From positions 22,885-86,884 of the forward strand of contig NZ_CAXBKN010000001.1 of the NCBI RefSeq assembly GCF_963976135.1: a stretch of 64,000 bases of DNA, written 5' to 3'. This document shows positions 1-13,122 of the stretch, piece by piece (the first letter of the stretch is position 1; each line of letters starts with the position of its first letter). The notes beneath the pieces were generated by a model that was given only the letters and a program-made list of their open reading frames with translations, was not told the origin of the DNA and ran no database searches. Made by a program: the position numbers and the translations under genes. The stretch is from an uncultured Maricaulis sp. Lineage in GTDB: Bacteria > Pseudomonadota > Alphaproteobacteria > Caulobacterales > Maricaulaceae.

Positions 1-374
1 AGCCGCGCCATTGCCATCAAGATCGCGCAGGGCCGCCACACCATAAACCGGCTCGACATCGATCGGTTCGGAGCGCGCCAGCAAGTCACCGGCAAAGCTG
101 TGCTGCGTCAGCACCATTTGCGAGGCATAGCCATCCTCGTCGGTGAGATAATCGAGATAGACGAAGCGCTGATCATCGACACGCAGGGCGCAATCGGTGC
201 CGGCGCCCTCGCCCTCCGCGAACTCATCACACCAGGCATCGCCGCCGCGCTCGGAGACTTCTGCTTCGGGCTCAGCCGGCGCCATGGCGGCCAGCGCCAC
301 AGTTTCGGTCGCCGCATCGCAGGCGCCCAGCGCCAGCGCCGCAGCGCAAACCACAGTCAGTTTGTTGATCAGGC

Positions 375-378
<4 letters not shown>
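1..378 (-). CDS. Putative acidic lipoprotein, partial (runs off window start)
   Basis: Hand translation from ATG at 378: [25 protein letters not shown]...[10 protein letters not shown], open to position 1. Signal peptide with lipobox LGAC. ATG overlaps the sufB TGA (ATGA). Not in the ORF track. Confidence 0.75.
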
Positions 379-1850
<1,472 letters not shown>

Positions 1851-1864
1851 ATTTCCTACCGCCT

Positions 1865-3016
1865 TCAGGCGTTCACTGCTGTTTTCAGGGCGATACGGGT
1901 GTGCGCAGCCGTCCAGGCGCGCGCAAACGTATCGATGTCGGTTTCATTCGAGGTCCAGCCAAAGCTGATCCGGATCAGGCCTTCTGCGGCATCGCTGCCA
2001 AGCCCGAGCGCCAGGCCCGCCTTGGATCCGCGCGTCTTGCCGGACGAACAGGCCGAACCGGCGCTGATCGAGATATGGGCCAGATCCATCGCCATCACCT
2101 GCGTCTCGCCCTTCCAGGACGGATGCGCAATGGACAGCGTATTGGGCAGGCGCGGCGCGCCAAGCCCGAGAATTTCGATCTCCGGCGCGGCCCCCTTCAG
2201 GCGGGCCTCAAGGGCATCGCGCCAGCGGGCCAGCGCTGCGAATTGATCCAGCTCGGCGACCGCCAGCTCCAATGCCCGGCCCAGTCCGGTAATGCCGGCA
2301 ACATTGAGCGTGCCGCCGCGGCGGCCCTTTTCCTGGCCACCACCATGATGATGGCGCGAGAGCGGCGCATTGCAGGCCGCGACCAGCGCGCCAATGCCTT
2401 GCGGTCCACCGAATTTATGCGCCGAGATCGCCATATAGTCCGCACCCAGCGCGGCGAAATCGACGGCAATCTTGCCCACCGCCTGGATCGCATCAACGAT
2501 CACCAGGCCATCCTGCGCGTGGATCATCGCCGCCGCAGCCGCGACCGGCTGGATCGTGCCGATTTCGTTATTGGCCAGCATCAGGGCCAGCACAGGACGC
2601 CCGTCCCGCCCGACATCCCAGCTTGCCAGACGCGTTTCCAGCCAGGCCAGGTCGGCAAGCCCCGCTGGCGTCACCGGCAAGGTCTCGACCGGCAGGCCCG
2701 AGGCGCGCGCCGTGGCGGCGATGGCTTCATGTTCCAGCGCCGAAACGATCAGCCGTTTGGCACCGCCCGCATCAATGGCGGAATGCAGGGCGAGATTGGT
2801 CGCTTCCGTGCCGCCGGAGGTAAAGATGACATCCTCGGCCCGGGCGCACAGCAAGCGGCCAATGACACGGCGCACATCCTCGACGGCGCGCGCGGCCTTC
2901 TGGCCATCGCGGTGCACGGAGGACGGATTGGCGGTCTGCGCCATCGCGTCCGCCATTGCCGCAATCACCTGCGGCCGGATCGTCGTGGAAGCATTATGAT
3001 CGAGATAGAGGCGCAT
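1865..3016 (-). CDS. iscS: Cysteine desulfurase (IscS/NifS-like, class V PLP enzyme)
   Basis: [19 protein letters not shown] lysine SAHKFGGP, catalytic Cys in SAGSACSSG; lies between iscR and sufB. Confidence 0.9.
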   Translation of the reverse strand: MRLYLDHNASTTIRPQVIAAMADAMAQTANPSSVHRDGQKAARAVEDVRRVIGRLLCARAEDVIFTSGGTEATNLALHSAIDAGGAKRLIVSALEHEAIAATARASGLPVETLPVTPAGLADLAWLETRLASWDVGRDGRPVLALMLANNEIGTIQPVAAAAAMIHAQDGLVIVDAIQAVGKIAVDFAALGADYMAISAHKFGGPQGIGALVAACNAPLSRHHHGGGQEKGRRGGTLNVAGITGLGRALELAVAELDQFAALARWRDALEARLKGAAPEIEILGLGAPRLPNTLSIAHPSWKGETQVMAMDLAHISISAGSACSSGKTRGSKAGLALGLGSDAAEGLIRISFGWTSNETDIDTFARAWTAAHTRIALKTAVNA

Positions 3017-3020
3017 GATA

Positions 3021-3503
3021 TTATTGAGCCGCCTCCTGGTTGAGGCCGGGATCCATCAACCGCTCCAGCCGCCCGATTGCCCCGCTCGCCGAACCCAGCA
3101 GGCGGCGCTCGGTGACGTCTTCCAGCGTGACTGAACTGAGGAAGAGGAAAATATGCCGACCCAGCTCGTCCCACAGATCATGGGTGACGCATCGGCGACC
3201 GTCAGCCAGACAGCCCTTGGCATTGGAACAACGCGTTGCGCGCAAGGGTTCATCGACCGCGGTGATGATGTCGGAAATGCGGATCTCGCCAGCGTGACGG
3301 CTCAGGCGATAGCCCCCGCCCGGCCCGCGAACGCTGGTCACGACCTCCGCCCGTCGCAGCTTGGCGAATAATTGTTCGAGATAGGACAAGGAGATGGATT
3401 GGCGCGAGGCGATCTCTGCCAGGGTCACCGGACCGCCACCGCTCGCCGCTGCAAGGTCGGCCATCGCCATGACGGCATAACGCCCCTTGGTGCTCAGCTT
3501 CAT
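3021..3503 (-). CDS. iscR: Rrf2-family Fe-S cluster transcriptional regulator IscR
   Basis: MKLSTKGRYAV, SLSYLEQLF, SVRGPGGGY; three Cys plus His (RCSNAKGCLADGRRCVTHDLW) as in cluster-binding IscR. Confidence 0.93.
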   Translation of the reverse strand: MKLSTKGRYAVMAMADLAAASGGGPVTLAEIASRQSISLSYLEQLFAKLRRAEVVTSVRGPGGGYRLSRHAGEIRISDIITAVDEPLRATRCSNAKGCLADGRRCVTHDLWDELGRHIFLFLSSVTLEDVTERRLLGSASGAIGRLERLMDPGLNQEAAQ

Positions 3504-3601
3504 GCGTTTGCCTCCTTAAACACTCGCATCTCGCATACCGATCATGCTAAGACCCGCCCCTTCGGAAAGGGCGCGCGCTCATTGGTGGGCATGCGAGTCC
3601 A

Positions 3602-3626
3602 ATATCCGAGTAGGTTAGTCAAGTAT
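3602..3626 (-). promoter_or_regulatory. IscR type-1 binding site overlapping a TTGACT -35 element of the iscR promoter
   Basis: Minus strand reads ATACTTGACTAACCTACTCGGATAT, a close match to the type-1 consensus ATASYYGACTRWWWYAGTCRRSTAT, about 100 bp upstream of iscR. Confidence 0.75.
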
Positions 3627-3713
3627 ATGGCCCCGGTTTCGCACCGTTACAAGGCGCGAATTGCCGCATGGTCACGCGAAAATCAGTGGTACCACCCAGG
3701 AAGGCGAGACTGA

Positions 3714-4397
3714 ATGCCTGACGTAATCATTCCCGGCCCGGCCGGCCGGCTGGAAGGGCGTTACAGCCCAAGCGAAGACCCGACGGCGCCGGTCGCGCTG
3801 ATTCTCCACGCCCATCCGCTCGGCGGCGGGCATATGGAAAACCCGCTGGTGGAGATGATGTATGATTCATTCCGCAAGCGGAATTTCGCGACCCTGCGCT
3901 TCAATTTCCGCGGCGTCGGCCGCAGCCAGGGCAGCTATGACCAGGGTCTGGGCGAATTGTCCGACGCGGCCACCGTGCTCGACTGGGTGCAGGGCTATAA
4001 CGCCACTGCGCGCTATTGCTGGGTTGCGGGCCACTCCTTTGGCGCCTGGGTCGGCATGCAGCTTTTGATGCGGCGTCCGGAGATTGCCGGCTTCGTCTCC
4101 GTCGCCCCGCCGACCAATATGTATGATTTCACCTTCCTGGCCCCCTGCCCGGCCTCCGGCATCATCGTCCATGGCGGCGCCGACAAGATTGTGCCGGCCG
4201 ATGATGTCGAACGGGTGATGTCGAAAGTGCGCGTGCAAAAAGGGATCGAGATCAAACGCGATATCATCCCGGATGCCAACCACCTCTTCACCGAACACCT
4301 GCCCGAGCTTGAGCGGCGGATGAATACCTATCTCGACGAGCGCATCCCGCTTGTGGAGAAGGAACGCTCCGAACGCCAGATCACCGGCAAGCGCTGA
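3714..4397 (+). CDS. Alpha/beta hydrolase
   Basis: LHAHPLGGG, RFNFRGVGRSQG, nucleophile elbow GHSFG, C-terminal ANHLF; divergent from iscR. Confidence 0.9.
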   Translation: MPDVIIPGPAGRLEGRYSPSEDPTAPVALILHAHPLGGGHMENPLVEMMYDSFRKRNFATLRFNFRGVGRSQGSYDQGLGELSDAATVLDWVQGYNATARYCWVAGHSFGAWVGMQLLMRRPEIAGFVSVAPPTNMYDFTFLAPCPASGIIVHGGADKIVPADDVERVMSKVRVQKGIEIKRDIIPDANHLFTEHLPELERRMNTYLDERIPLVEKERSERQITGKR

Positions 4398-4428
4398 CAG
4401 GCGCTTTCGTGCAGACTGAAGATTGACG

Positions 4429-4459
4429 AAACCGCCAGCCTTCGGGCCGGCGGTTTTTT
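4429..4459 (+). terminator. Intrinsic terminator
   Basis: AAACCGCCAGCC-TTCG-GGCCGGCGGTTTTTT hairpin with T tail between the convergent hydrolase and anmK genes. Confidence 0.8.
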
Positions 4460-4470
4460 CATCGCCCGGT

Positions 4471-5580
4471 TCAGGATCGGGGGTGGGCGATCCTGCCGCC
4501 ACAAGTCGGCCGCGACACGCCGGTTGTTGACGGAAGGCTGGTCGGCAGGCCAGCCGCAACCCGGGCAGCAAGCCAGGCAAAGGCCTCCGCCTCCAGCAAA
4601 TCGCCGCGCCAGCCGACCCGCTCGACCGCCTCGGGCCGCACCCCCATCGCCTCGCCCATCATCCGCATCAGCACAGGATTATGCCGCCCGCCACCGGTCG
4701 CGAGAATCCGTCCCGGCTGGCCCAGCTGATCGATCGCGGCAGCGACGGTGCGGGCTGTGAAAGCCGTCAGGGTCGCCGCCCCATCAGCGTCACCAAGATG
4801 TTGGACCGGATCGAGCGAGAAGTCCCAACGATCAAGTGATTTGGGTGGAGTCTTGGCGAAGAACGGATGTTTCATCAGGGCCTTCAATGCTGCCGGGTCA
4901 ATCTTGCCGCGAGCTGCCAGTTCGCCATTACTGTCATGGCTGGTCCCAAGCCGCTGCTGGCACCAGGCATCGATCAAACCATTGGCCGGCCCGGTATCGA
5001 AAGCGACCGGCTCGCTGTCCTTGGCCAGCCAGGTCACATTCGCGACGCCGCCCAGATTGACCACGGCCAGCGGCAATTCGAGCTGGTCCTGCGCCGCCAG
5101 CGCGGCATGGTAGAGTGTCGCCAGCGGCGCGCCCTGACCGCCGCCAGCGACGTCGTCGCTGCGAAAATCATAAACGACATCAATGCCGGTCTTGGCGGCC
5201 AGGGCCTCGCCATCGCCGATCTGGCGGGTCTTGCCCTTGTGCCGGCCCGCCGGGGCCCGGTGCAGGACGGTCTGTCCATGAAAACCGACCAGGGCGATAT
5301 CGCGCGCCTCCAGACCGGACGCGCGGATAACGGCTGCGACCAGATCGCCATGGCTCGACGTCAACACGGCCTCGGCGTCCGAAAAATCGGGCTCTTCCCC
5401 CTCGAAATTCCAGGCCAGCGCCGCATCGACAGCCGCCTGAAGGATAGCGCGTTCGGACCCGGTATAGGCGTGCATGTCTCCGGCGCCGAATTCGGCAATC
5501 CGCTCGCCATCAGTGCGGATCAGGGCCGCGTCAACGCCGTCCAGCGACGTCCCGCTCATCAATCCGATCACGTATTTCAT
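4471..5580 (-). CDS. anmK: Anhydro-N-acetylmuramic acid kinase
   Basis: Starts [19 protein letters not shown] (ATG at 5580); [46 protein letters not shown]. Confidence 0.95.
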   Translation of the reverse strand: MKYVIGLMSGTSLDGVDAALIRTDGERIAEFGAGDMHAYTGSERAILQAAVDAALAWNFEGEEPDFSDAEAVLTSSHGDLVAAVIRASGLEARDIALVGFHGQTVLHRAPAGRHKGKTRQIGDGEALAAKTGIDVVYDFRSDDVAGGGQGAPLATLYHAALAAQDQLELPLAVVNLGGVANVTWLAKDSEPVAFDTGPANGLIDAWCQQRLGTSHDSNGELAARGKIDPAALKALMKHPFFAKTPPKSLDRWDFSLDPVQHLGDADGAATLTAFTARTVAAAIDQLGQPGRILATGGGRHNPVLMRMMGEAMGVRPEAVERVGWRGDLLEAEAFAWLAARVAAGLPTSLPSTTGVSRPTCGGRIAHPRS

Positions 5581-5643
5581 GCGCGGGCCCTCTTTTCTCG
5601 CATCCAATGTCGACCTAGAAGCCCATGTATCAGGAGAGACGTC

Positions 5644-6897
5644 ATGAGCGAATACAAATCCGATCTGGTCAAGACGCTGGTCGAGCGCGGCTACCACTTC
5701 CAGTCCACCAATCTCGAAGGCCTTGATGAGGCCGCGATGAAAGGGATTGTCACCGGCTATATCGGTTTCGACGCGACCGGCGCGAGCCTGCATGTCGGAT
5801 CACTCGTGCAGATCATGATGTTGCGCCGGATGCAACAGGCCGGCCACAAGCCGATCATCCTGATGGGCGGCGGCACCACCAAGATCGGCGACCCGTCCGG
5901 CAAGGACAAGACGCGCTCCATGCTGACCCACGACCAGATCCAGGCCAACAAGACCTCGATCCTGACCGCCTTCGATGCGCTGGTCAAAATCGGTGATGGC
6001 CCGACGGACGCCATCGTGGTCGATAATGACGAATGGCTGTCGCAATACGGCTATATCGAATTCCTGCGCATGTTCGGGCCGCATTTCACCATCAACCGCA
6101 TGCTGACCTTCGATTCAGTCAAGCTGCGGCTTGACCGCGAGCAGCCGCTGACCTTCCTCGAATTCAACTACATGCTGCTGCAGGCGGTCGATTTCCTCGA
6201 ACTCCTGCGCCGTCATGGCTGCACGCTGCAACTGGGCGGCGGCGACCAGTGGGGCAATATCATCAATGGCGTCGAGCTGTGCCGCCGCGTCGACCAGGCC
6301 GAAGTGTTCGGCTTTACCACACCGCTGATCACCACCGCCTCGGGCACGAAGATGGGCAAGACCGCCGAGGGCGCCGTCTGGCTCAATGCCGACCAGCTCA
6401 GCGCCTATGAGTACTGGCAGTTCTGGCGCAATGCCGAAGATGCCGATGTCGGCAAATTCCTGCGCCTGTTCACCGATGTTCCGATGGCCGAGATCGCAGC
6501 GCTGGAAGCGCTCGAAGGCGCAGACATCAATATCGCGAAAATCCGTCTCGCCAATGAGGCAACGAGTTTGATGCATGGCGCTGCAGCGGCCCGCGAAGCC
6601 GAGCAGACCGCACAACAGACCTTTGCCCAGGGCGGTGCCGGGGCCGGCCTGCCGACGGTTGAATTCGCGGGTCTGGAGGGGGGCGAGGTTTCGCTGGTGA
6701 GCCTGTTCGTCGAGGCCGGCCTGGCCGCCTCGAATGGCGAGGTCCGCCGTCATATCAAGGCCGGTGCGGCCAAGGTGAATGGCGAAACACTGACGGACCC
6801 GATGGCGATCGCGCGCGCTGACATGGTGCAGGACGGGGCCATCAAGCTGTCGATCGGCAAGAAACGTCACGCCCTCGCCAAGCCGGCCGCCGGCTAG
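5644..6897 (+). CDS. tyrS: Tyrosine--tRNA ligase
   Basis: [15 protein letters not shown] (HIGH), [16 protein letters not shown] (KMSKS), S4-like C-terminus; AGGAG SD before ATG 5644. Confidence 0.97.
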   Translation: MSEYKSDLVKTLVERGYHFQSTNLEGLDEAAMKGIVTGYIGFDATGASLHVGSLVQIMMLRRMQQAGHKPIILMGGGTTKIGDPSGKDKTRSMLTHDQIQANKTSILTAFDALVKIGDGPTDAIVVDNDEWLSQYGYIEFLRMFGPHFTINRMLTFDSVKLRLDREQPLTFLEFNYMLLQAVDFLELLRRHGCTLQLGGGDQWGNIINGVELCRRVDQAEVFGFTTPLITTASGTKMGKTAEGAVWLNADQLSAYEYWQFWRNAEDADVGKFLRLFTDVPMAEIAALEALEGADINIAKIRLANEATSLMHGAAAAREAEQTAQQTFAQGGAGAGLPTVEFAGLEGGEVSLVSLFVEAGLAASNGEVRRHIKAGAAKVNGETLTDPMAIARADMVQDGAIKLSIGKKRHALAKPAAG

Positions 6898-9800
6898 CCC
6901 GGATCCGGTTCGGCCGGGGCTGCGGTCTCCGGTAGGCTGGCAGGGCCCGGAACCGGTTCGAGCTCGCGCAAGACTTCCTCGGGCAATATCTCCGGGATCG
7001 GCTCGTTCTGCGCATCCGCCCGGTCGCGCGCGGCCCTGTCGGCGGCGCTGCCTTCGAAGATCCGGCGCAGAAAACCCGGGGCCAGGGCCGAAAGCGGGTT
7101 GGCGAAGACAGTGAGGCTGTCGAACGGCCCCTCAACGGAATAGACAATGCCGATAATCCCCTCGCCCGGTCTGGAGACCAGCATATCGCCGATCAGCGGC
7201 AGCTCACCGAGCAGGGAATTGAGGACATAGGACGGGGCGAGATTGCCATCGATCGCGGCGCGTTGATTGGCAAAATCCACCGTCCCGCTTGCCGTTACGC
7301 CGAGCGCGCTGCCGCGGGCCCGCGCTTCGCCAATCGTCAACAGACCATCCTCGAACATCACACTGGCATCAATGGCGTCGAATTCAATTCCCTCACCATT
7401 GAGCAGGGCCGATAATCCCTCGAAGGACCCCGCGGCGAGGATGCGCGCCAGGATAGGCACTTGCACCAGGGTCAGGTCCCGGACCTCAACGCGGGCGGTC
7501 AGCGGGCCCGGCGTGCCCAGAGGTGGAGCTTCGCCCAGTACGGAAACCCGCCCGCCACGGGCATAGCCCTCGCCGCCAAGCATGGCCGCAATCCTTTCAA
7601 CCGACTGGGCCTCGAGGCGCAGCTCGCGCACGCCGCCATCCGGACCGGCGCCAAAACTGGCCTGGAGCGGACCATCGCTGGCCGTTCCGTCCAGCGAAAA
7701 CGCCCTTATGCCCGCCGCCTCGCTGCGCCAGATCAGGTTGAAGTCGTCCAGCTGGCTACGGTCAGACACGATCAAACGTCCGACATCCAGCGTCGCCGAG
7801 AGCGGCATCATCCCGCCCTCACCACCGCCGAGATCGCGCAGATAGGGGGTCCAGTCGCGGATATTGAGATAGCGGCCAGCAATGCGGGCGGTGAAGGCCT
7901 CGCCCGCCTCGACCGGCCCGGTCAGACTGCCGGTGAGATCCATCAACTCATCGACCTGGAACTGCTCGAAATTCGCGGTCACCAGGCGTCCCTCGGGCGA
8001 TAATCGTGCTGTCGCCGCGATCGAGAGCCCGGCCGATTGGGTCTCGAAATCCTCGAGTTGAAAACCGCCCGCTTCCAGCAATCGCAATGTGAAGCCCGCC
8101 TGGCCCGGTTCGCCGGCCTGCTTGCCCCAGACACCGCCGGGCGCCTCAAGACTGGCATCAAGCAAATCGGCATCGACACGGATCTCGCTGACGCCCATGC
8201 CGGCACCGGTAGCCCGCGCCTGCAAATGGATTTCGCCGCCCAGATAACGCCGGGCGGGAATTCCGAGACGGTCAAACGTACGCGCGCCGACGCTGGCCGT
8301 CAGCTCGAATGCGGTCGCGGCCTCATCAGGGCCTGCACGGAAATTCTCGCTCCAGACGAAGTGAACCGGAGTCTCCAGAACGATGCCGTCACTGCTGGCC
8401 GTCAGCCCGTCCTGGTCCGCATGCAGCTGCACACTCGCATCGGCAAACGCCCAGCCCGTGCCAGGGACGACGCCCGAGGCGTCCTCGATCGTGCTGTTGA
8501 TATTGAAGGGGATATCCTCCGGATCGACATCATCGAGCATGGGCCGGCGGAATTCGAATTCGACGACGGCCTGGCCATCAACAATGTCAGAGGGGACGCC
8601 GAAATCGGAGGTCAGAAAGAGTGGCGGCTCATCGATCAGCGCCAGGATATCGCTCGCATGCCCCCGCGCCACGCCGGCGAAGCGCGCCCGGGCGCCTTTC
8701 GGATTCAGGCGCGGGATATCGACGACGCCGTTGGACAATTCGATATCGCCGATACGGCCACTCGTCATGGCGACTTCAAAGGCATTGCCGCGCAAGATGG
8801 CATGGCCACGCCCGTGATCGAGCACGGTCATTTCCGGCACATAGCGCACCACGGCGTCTTCAAAATCGAAACCGAGCGTCAAGCGGTCATCGGCCAGCGC
8901 CCCGGCGGCAATGGATTCCGCATCAATATCGAGGTCGAGCCGGGCGTTGAAATAATGGCCGCCCAGAATACTCTCCCGGATCCACACCCGGGCGGTATCG
9001 GCCAGCAGGACCGGCCAATAGGCCAGCACGGTTTCTGGCTGGACATCGCCCTCGATCGGGCCGCTCAGACGCAGATTGGGGAGCCAGCGTCCATCGTCGA
9101 CTTCCGAGAGTGAGGTCTCGCCGGAGAGCCGCGCCTGGATCGGTCCAAGGTCGACATCGAGCCGTTCCAGCTGGATATTTGCCTGATTGACATCGACCGC
9201 CCCGGCCAGCTCCAGCCCGGTCCAGACCGGCGGCCGCTCGAACACGCCGCCAAGATCGATATGGCCCGGCCCGGCGGTCAGCTGATAACGCCAGCGCATC
9301 GGCAGCGCGCCGAGATAATCGGACAATTCGAACATCCGGCCGCTGAGCTCTGCGGTGAAGACGTCGGAGACGACGCGCGCTTCCGACAGGGTCAGCTCGG
9401 CGGCATCGGGATCGAAGTCCATGCGAATCCGACCGCTTGTGAAGGCCGTCGACTCGCCATCGCGAATGACATTTCCTGCACCGATATCGAGATTGATCGA
9501 CGCGCCGCGAATGCCCGATTCACGGGTCGCATTCAGCAGAAGATCAAGACTGACTGGCGCATCGAGGACGCGCAGGACCGAGAGTGGACCATTGGCCGGC
9601 GCAATCGCTGCTGGCGACAGCTCGGAGACGCGCGCCTCCAGCAAAAGGGTATTGAGCGCCGCACCGGCCTGAATCCTCACCTCCAGCGGCGCAAATCCGG
9701 ACGGCGTCGCCAGCTGGCCCGCGAGCTCGGCGCGAATTCGGCTGTCATCACGGTCGAGTACAACGCTCGCCGCATCGACCAGCCAGGCGATCCCGGTGAT

Positions 9801-10388
9801 ACCATCAATGATGCGAACCGAGGCGTTCTCGATATCCACATGACGCAACTCGCCAAGCATGCCACCCGGACGCGCCGGCTCCTGCAGCAATTGGAACAGC
9901 GAGGCACTGTCATCACCGCCGCGCGCCGGCAGCCGCGCCGTGGCCGAAACCCGCTCGACACTGCCAAGCCCGACCCCGACCGCACCATCGGCGCGGCGCA
10001 CGATCGAGATCGACCCGCCCGAAATGCTGACTGTGACCGGCTCAACCTGTCCGAATAACAGGCTCTGAACGGCAAAGCCGGCTTCCAGGCGCGGTGCCCG
10101 CGCAATCACTTCACCATGGCTTTCGGCAACGGTGACATCACGCGCCAGGATCACCAGGGCACGGGTCTCCGGATCGAATCGCGCCTCCAGTGCCCCGAGC
10201 GCCACCAGCTCGCCCTCGAAGGCCTGGGCGAGCATTTTTTGCGCATCCTCGCGCAGGAAGTCCAGCTCGATCGGACCGTTCGACAAGCGCACCAGAAGCG
10301 CGCCGACGGCGAAGATCGCCAGGGTCAGCAGGACCGCGACCGCCTCAAGGGTATAGATGACGGACAGACGGATCGATCTTCGCAGCAT
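6894..10388 (-). CDS. Large AsmA-like/YhdP (DUF3971) envelope protein
   Basis: 1164 aa, N-terminal TM anchor, beta-rich repeats, C-terminal motif [14 protein letters not shown]...[26 protein letters not shown] typical of AsmA-like C-termini. Confidence 0.75.
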   Translation of the reverse strand: MLRRSIRLSVIYTLEAVAVLLTLAIFAVGALLVRLSNGPIELDFLREDAQKMLAQAFEGELVALGALEARFDPETRALVILARDVTVAESHGEVIARAPRLEAGFAVQSLLFGQVEPVTVSISGGSISIVRRADGAVGVGLGSVERVSATARLPARGGDDSASLFQLLQEPARPGGMLGELRHVDIENASVRIIDGITGIAWLVDAASVVLDRDDSRIRAELAGQLATPSGFAPLEVRIQAGAALNTLLLEARVSELSPAAIAPANGPLSVLRVLDAPVSLDLLLNATRESGIRGASINLDIGAGNVIRDGESTAFTSGRIRMDFDPDAAELTLSEARVVSDVFTAELSGRMFELSDYLGALPMRWRYQLTAGPGHIDLGGVFERPPVWTGLELAGAVDVNQANIQLERLDVDLGPIQARLSGETSLSEVDDGRWLPNLRLSGPIEGDVQPETVLAYWPVLLADTARVWIRESILGGHYFNARLDLDIDAESIAAGALADDRLTLGFDFEDAVVRYVPEMTVLDHGRGHAILRGNAFEVAMTSGRIGDIELSNGVVDIPRLNPKGARARFAGVARGHASDILALIDEPPLFLTSDFGVPSDIVDGQAVVEFEFRRPMLDDVDPEDIPFNINSTIEDASGVVPGTGWAFADASVQLHADQDGLTASSDGIVLETPVHFVWSENFRAGPDEAATAFELTASVGARTFDRLGIPARRYLGGEIHLQARATGAGMGVSEIRVDADLLDASLEAPGGVWGKQAGEPGQAGFTLRLLEAGGFQLEDFETQSAGLSIAATARLSPEGRLVTANFEQFQVDELMDLTGSLTGPVEAGEAFTARIAGRYLNIRDWTPYLRDLGGGEGGMMPLSATLDVGRLIVSDRSQLDDFNLIWRSEAAGIRAFSLDGTASDGPLQASFGAGPDGGVRELRLEAQSVERIAAMLGGEGYARGGRVSVLGEAPPLGTPGPLTARVEVRDLTLVQVPILARILAAGSFEGLSALLNGEGIEFDAIDASVMFEDGLLTIGEARARGSALGVTASGTVDFANQRAAIDGNLAPSYVLNSLLGELPLIGDMLVSRPGEGIIGIVYSVEGPFDSLTVFANPLSALAPGFLRRIFEGSAADRAARDRADAQNEPIPEILPEEVLRELEPVPGPASLPETAAPAEPDPG

Positions 10389-10490
10389 CAGGCCAGGCCT
10401 CGCGCAGCGTCAAGACTGGACGCAGGCAGCAGGACGCGCACACTGGGCGGCAGCACAAACGACCGTCCAGGCGGCGGCAGGAGGGGATAG

Positions 10491-10964
10491 ATGAGCGATC
10501 TCAAGACAGGCGACTTGGCTCCACATTTTCGGTTGGCCACCGATGGCGGCGGCGAGGTCGATCTGGGCGAACTCCTCGGCAAAACGATTGTTCTCTATTT
10601 TTACCCGAAGGACGACACCCCGGGCTGCACAACGCAAGCCATCGAATTCTCCCAGGCCAGCGCAGACTTCGCCAAGGCGGGTGCCCTGATCATCGGCGTC
10701 TCCAAGGATAGCGTGAAAAAACATGATAAATTCAAGGCCAAGCATGAATTAGCTGTCATCCTCGCCTCGGACGAGAGCGGCGCAGTGATCGAGGCCTATG
10801 GATCCTGGGTGCTGAAAAAACTCTATGGCCGCGAATATATGGGCATTGATCGCTCGACTTTTCTGATCGGCGCCGATGGCCGGCTCGTGCAGATCTGGCA
10901 CAAGGTCAAGGTCAAGGGCCATGTCGAGACCGTGTTGGCGGCGGTCCAGGCGCTGGCGGAATGA
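10491..10964 (+). CDS. bcp: Thioredoxin-dependent peroxiredoxin Bcp
   Basis: VLYFYPKDDTPGCTTQA peroxidatic motif; GIDRSTFLI. Confidence 0.95.
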   Translation: MSDLKTGDLAPHFRLATDGGGEVDLGELLGKTIVLYFYPKDDTPGCTTQAIEFSQASADFAKAGALIIGVSKDSVKKHDKFKAKHELAVILASDESGAVIEAYGSWVLKKLYGREYMGIDRSTFLIGADGRLVQIWHKVKVKGHVETVLAAVQALAE

Positions 10965-11806
10965 ACGGCCAGGCGGCCGATTTGCGTGAGATGGCCCTTG
11001 CGGTCCTGCAGACCCCTGATCCACGCGCCAAGGCCGCCGCGGCGCGCGCCGTATGCCGCAGCCTGGCGGACGGGGACCGAAGCTGGCCGTCGCCCTGGCC
11101 CGCTGCCGGACCGGCGGAAAATCCGGCCCGCCCCGAACGGCCGCAACGGGTTCCCCCCGGGAAGACGCCACGCCGGCGGCTCGGCTCTCTGGAGGGACGC
11201 ATCGCCCTGCTCCACGCCATCGCCCATATCGAATTCAACGCCATCGACCTGGCTTTCGACATGGCGGTCCGTTTTGGCGCCGATCCGGCGCTGGATGAGG
11301 CCAAGCGTCTCGACTTCCTGAGCGACTGGATCCATGTCGGTGATGACGAGGCGCGCCATTTCGGCCTCATCGCCGACCGGCTCGAAGCGCTGGGCAGTGC
11401 CTATGGCGAGCTGCCCGCCCATGACGGGCTGTGGGACGCCGCGCGCACGACCCGGCACGATCTGGCGGCCAGGCTGGCGATCGCGCCGCTGGTGCTCGAG
11501 GCCCGCGGTCTCGACGTCACGCCCGGCATGATCGACCGGTTGAATTCTGCCGGCGACACAATCAGTGCCGGGATTCTGAAAATCATCTACACCGACGAAA
11601 TCGGCCATGTCGCCACCGGCATGCGCTGGTTCAAACACGTCTGCAACATTGCCGGAGATGCGCCCGAAGCCCGCTATCACAGCCTTGTACAGCAGTATTA
11701 TCAGGGTGGCCTCAAGCCACCATTCAACACCGATGCCCGCGACCAGGCCTGCTTTCCTGCAGATTATTACCTGCCATTGGCAGCAACCGGCGCACCACTT
11801 GCATAA
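10961..11806 (+). CDS. Ferritin-like domain protein (DUF455)
   Basis: LLHAIAHIEFNAIDLA, DEARHF, LEARGLDVTP, DEIGHV di-iron-like motifs; ATGA overlap with bcp. Confidence 0.88.
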   Translation: MNGQAADLREMALAVLQTPDPRAKAAAARAVCRSLADGDRSWPSPWPAAGPAENPARPERPQRVPPGKTPRRRLGSLEGRIALLHAIAHIEFNAIDLAFDMAVRFGADPALDEAKRLDFLSDWIHVGDDEARHFGLIADRLEALGSAYGELPAHDGLWDAARTTRHDLAARLAIAPLVLEARGLDVTPGMIDRLNSAGDTISAGILKIIYTDEIGHVATGMRWFKHVCNIAGDAPEARYHSLVQQYYQGGLKPPFNTDARDQACFPADYYLPLAATGAPLA

Positions 11807-11889
11807 ACAAGAGTTGAAAACTGACGATCTTTTGTGTCACATGCCCGACTTGGGCACCGGGGCAAGCGGAAGTCTGGGCAAAGTAACGC

Positions 11890-13122
11890 ATGTTATCAAG
11901 ACTCAAACTCGCTGTGTGGGGCACAGCTCAACGTTGGTTTCCGGACCGGCAGATCTACCATCGCAGTGATGGTCAGGTTCGCTATTTCGCGATCTCAACC
12001 GCGATCCAGATCAGCGCGCTTCTGAGCGCCGCGGTGCTGGCCTGCTGGCTCTGCTACTCCACCGTTTCCGTTGCCTTTCACGGCCAGGCCCTCGCGGCCA
12101 AGGATGCCGCAATCGAACGCGAACGCATCAATCTCAACCGCATGGTCGCCGAAGCCCAGGCCAGCGAAGCCACCGCCTACTCCTTCATGGAATCGCGGAT
12201 GGAAGAATTCGATCGTGCTGCCTATGAATTCCAGATGCGGCACGAGACCCTCAGCCAGCTGGTCGAGTTTGCCGAACAATTGAGCGGCAATGAGATGGTG
12301 CCCTCGCCAGCCCTGGCCGATGACCGCGTTCTGATGGCCGCCACGCCGGCTGACCCGACACCGCGCATGGCGCGCGATCCCCTGGTCAGCATCGCGGCCA
12401 TGTCGGATGCGCCTGAAGACCAGATTTCCTATCTGATGGGCGAACAGGACTCCGTCCTCGCACAGGCCGAGGACGCCACCGAGGCACGGCTGGAAAATCT
12501 GCGTGCCGTCCTGCGGCTGACCGGCCTGGATATCGACCACGTCGTGAGCAATGGCCAGACGGGCGAGGAACAGGGCGGGCCCTATATCCCGATCAATGAC
12601 GCCCCGCTGTTTTCCGACGGCTGGGATCTGGAAGCCGAATTCTCCTCCCGCATCACACGCGTTGCGGCGCGCATGCTGGAGGTCGAGGAATTGGAACGCT
12701 TCATCGAAACGGGCCCACTGGGCGTCCCCGTTGACGCCGCCTACCGCCGGACCAGCCCGTTCGGTGTGAGGCTCGACCCGTTTAATCGCCGTGCGACACA
12801 ACATCGCGGCATTGATTTTGCAGCCTACCGGCGTGCACCCATCGTTGCGACCGGACCTGGCCGGGTCATTTACGCAGGATGGCGTAACGGCTATGGTCGC
12901 TGTGTTGAAATCGACCATGGCTACGGGTTCGTGACGCGTTATGGTCACATGAATGAAATCGCAGTAAGGCGTGGCGATACAGTCGAGCGTGGACAACAGG
13001 TCGGGGGCATGGGTTCCACAGGACGCAGTACGGCGACGCACTTGCATTATGAAATCTGGTACGAAGGGTCCGCGATCGATCCTGAGCGCCTATTGAGGGC
13101 CGGACAATATGTTCAAGGGTAA
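11890..13122 (+). CDS. Membrane-anchored M23 endopeptidase (LmdC-like)
   Basis: N-terminal FPDRQIYHRS, TM helix, coiled coil, M23 domain HRGID...YGHM...STATHLHYEI; overlaps the bactofilin gene. Confidence 0.88.
   Translation: MLSRLKLAVWGTAQRWFPDRQIYHRSDGQVRYFAISTAIQISALLSAAVLACWLCYSTVSVAFHGQALAAKDAAIERERINLNRMVAEAQASEATAYSFMESRMEEFDRAAYEFQMRHETLSQLVEFAEQLSGNEMVPSPALADDRVLMAATPADPTPRMARDPLVSIAAMSDAPEDQISYLMGEQDSVLAQAEDATEARLENLRAVLRLTGLDIDHVVSNGQTGEEQGGPYIPINDAPLFSDGWDLEAEFSSRITRVAARMLEVEELERFIETGPLGVPVDAAYRRTSPFGVRLDPFNRRATQHRGIDFAAYRRAPIVATGPGRVIYAGWRNGYGRCVEIDHGYGFVTRYGHMNEIAVRRGDTVERGQQVGGMGSTGRSTATHLHYEIWYEGSAIDPERLLRAGQYVQG

Noticed and set aside
4867-5793. N-terminal extensions of tyrS (from 4867) and anmK (from 5793) in the ORF track
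   Set aside because: They overlap the divergent partner gene; family-typical starts are at 5644 and 5580.
6894-6897. Convergent genes sharing a CTAG stop overlap (also 25775-25778), and the 34-bp aat/DUF2155 overlap
   Set aside because: Common compact-genome arrangement with no further signal.
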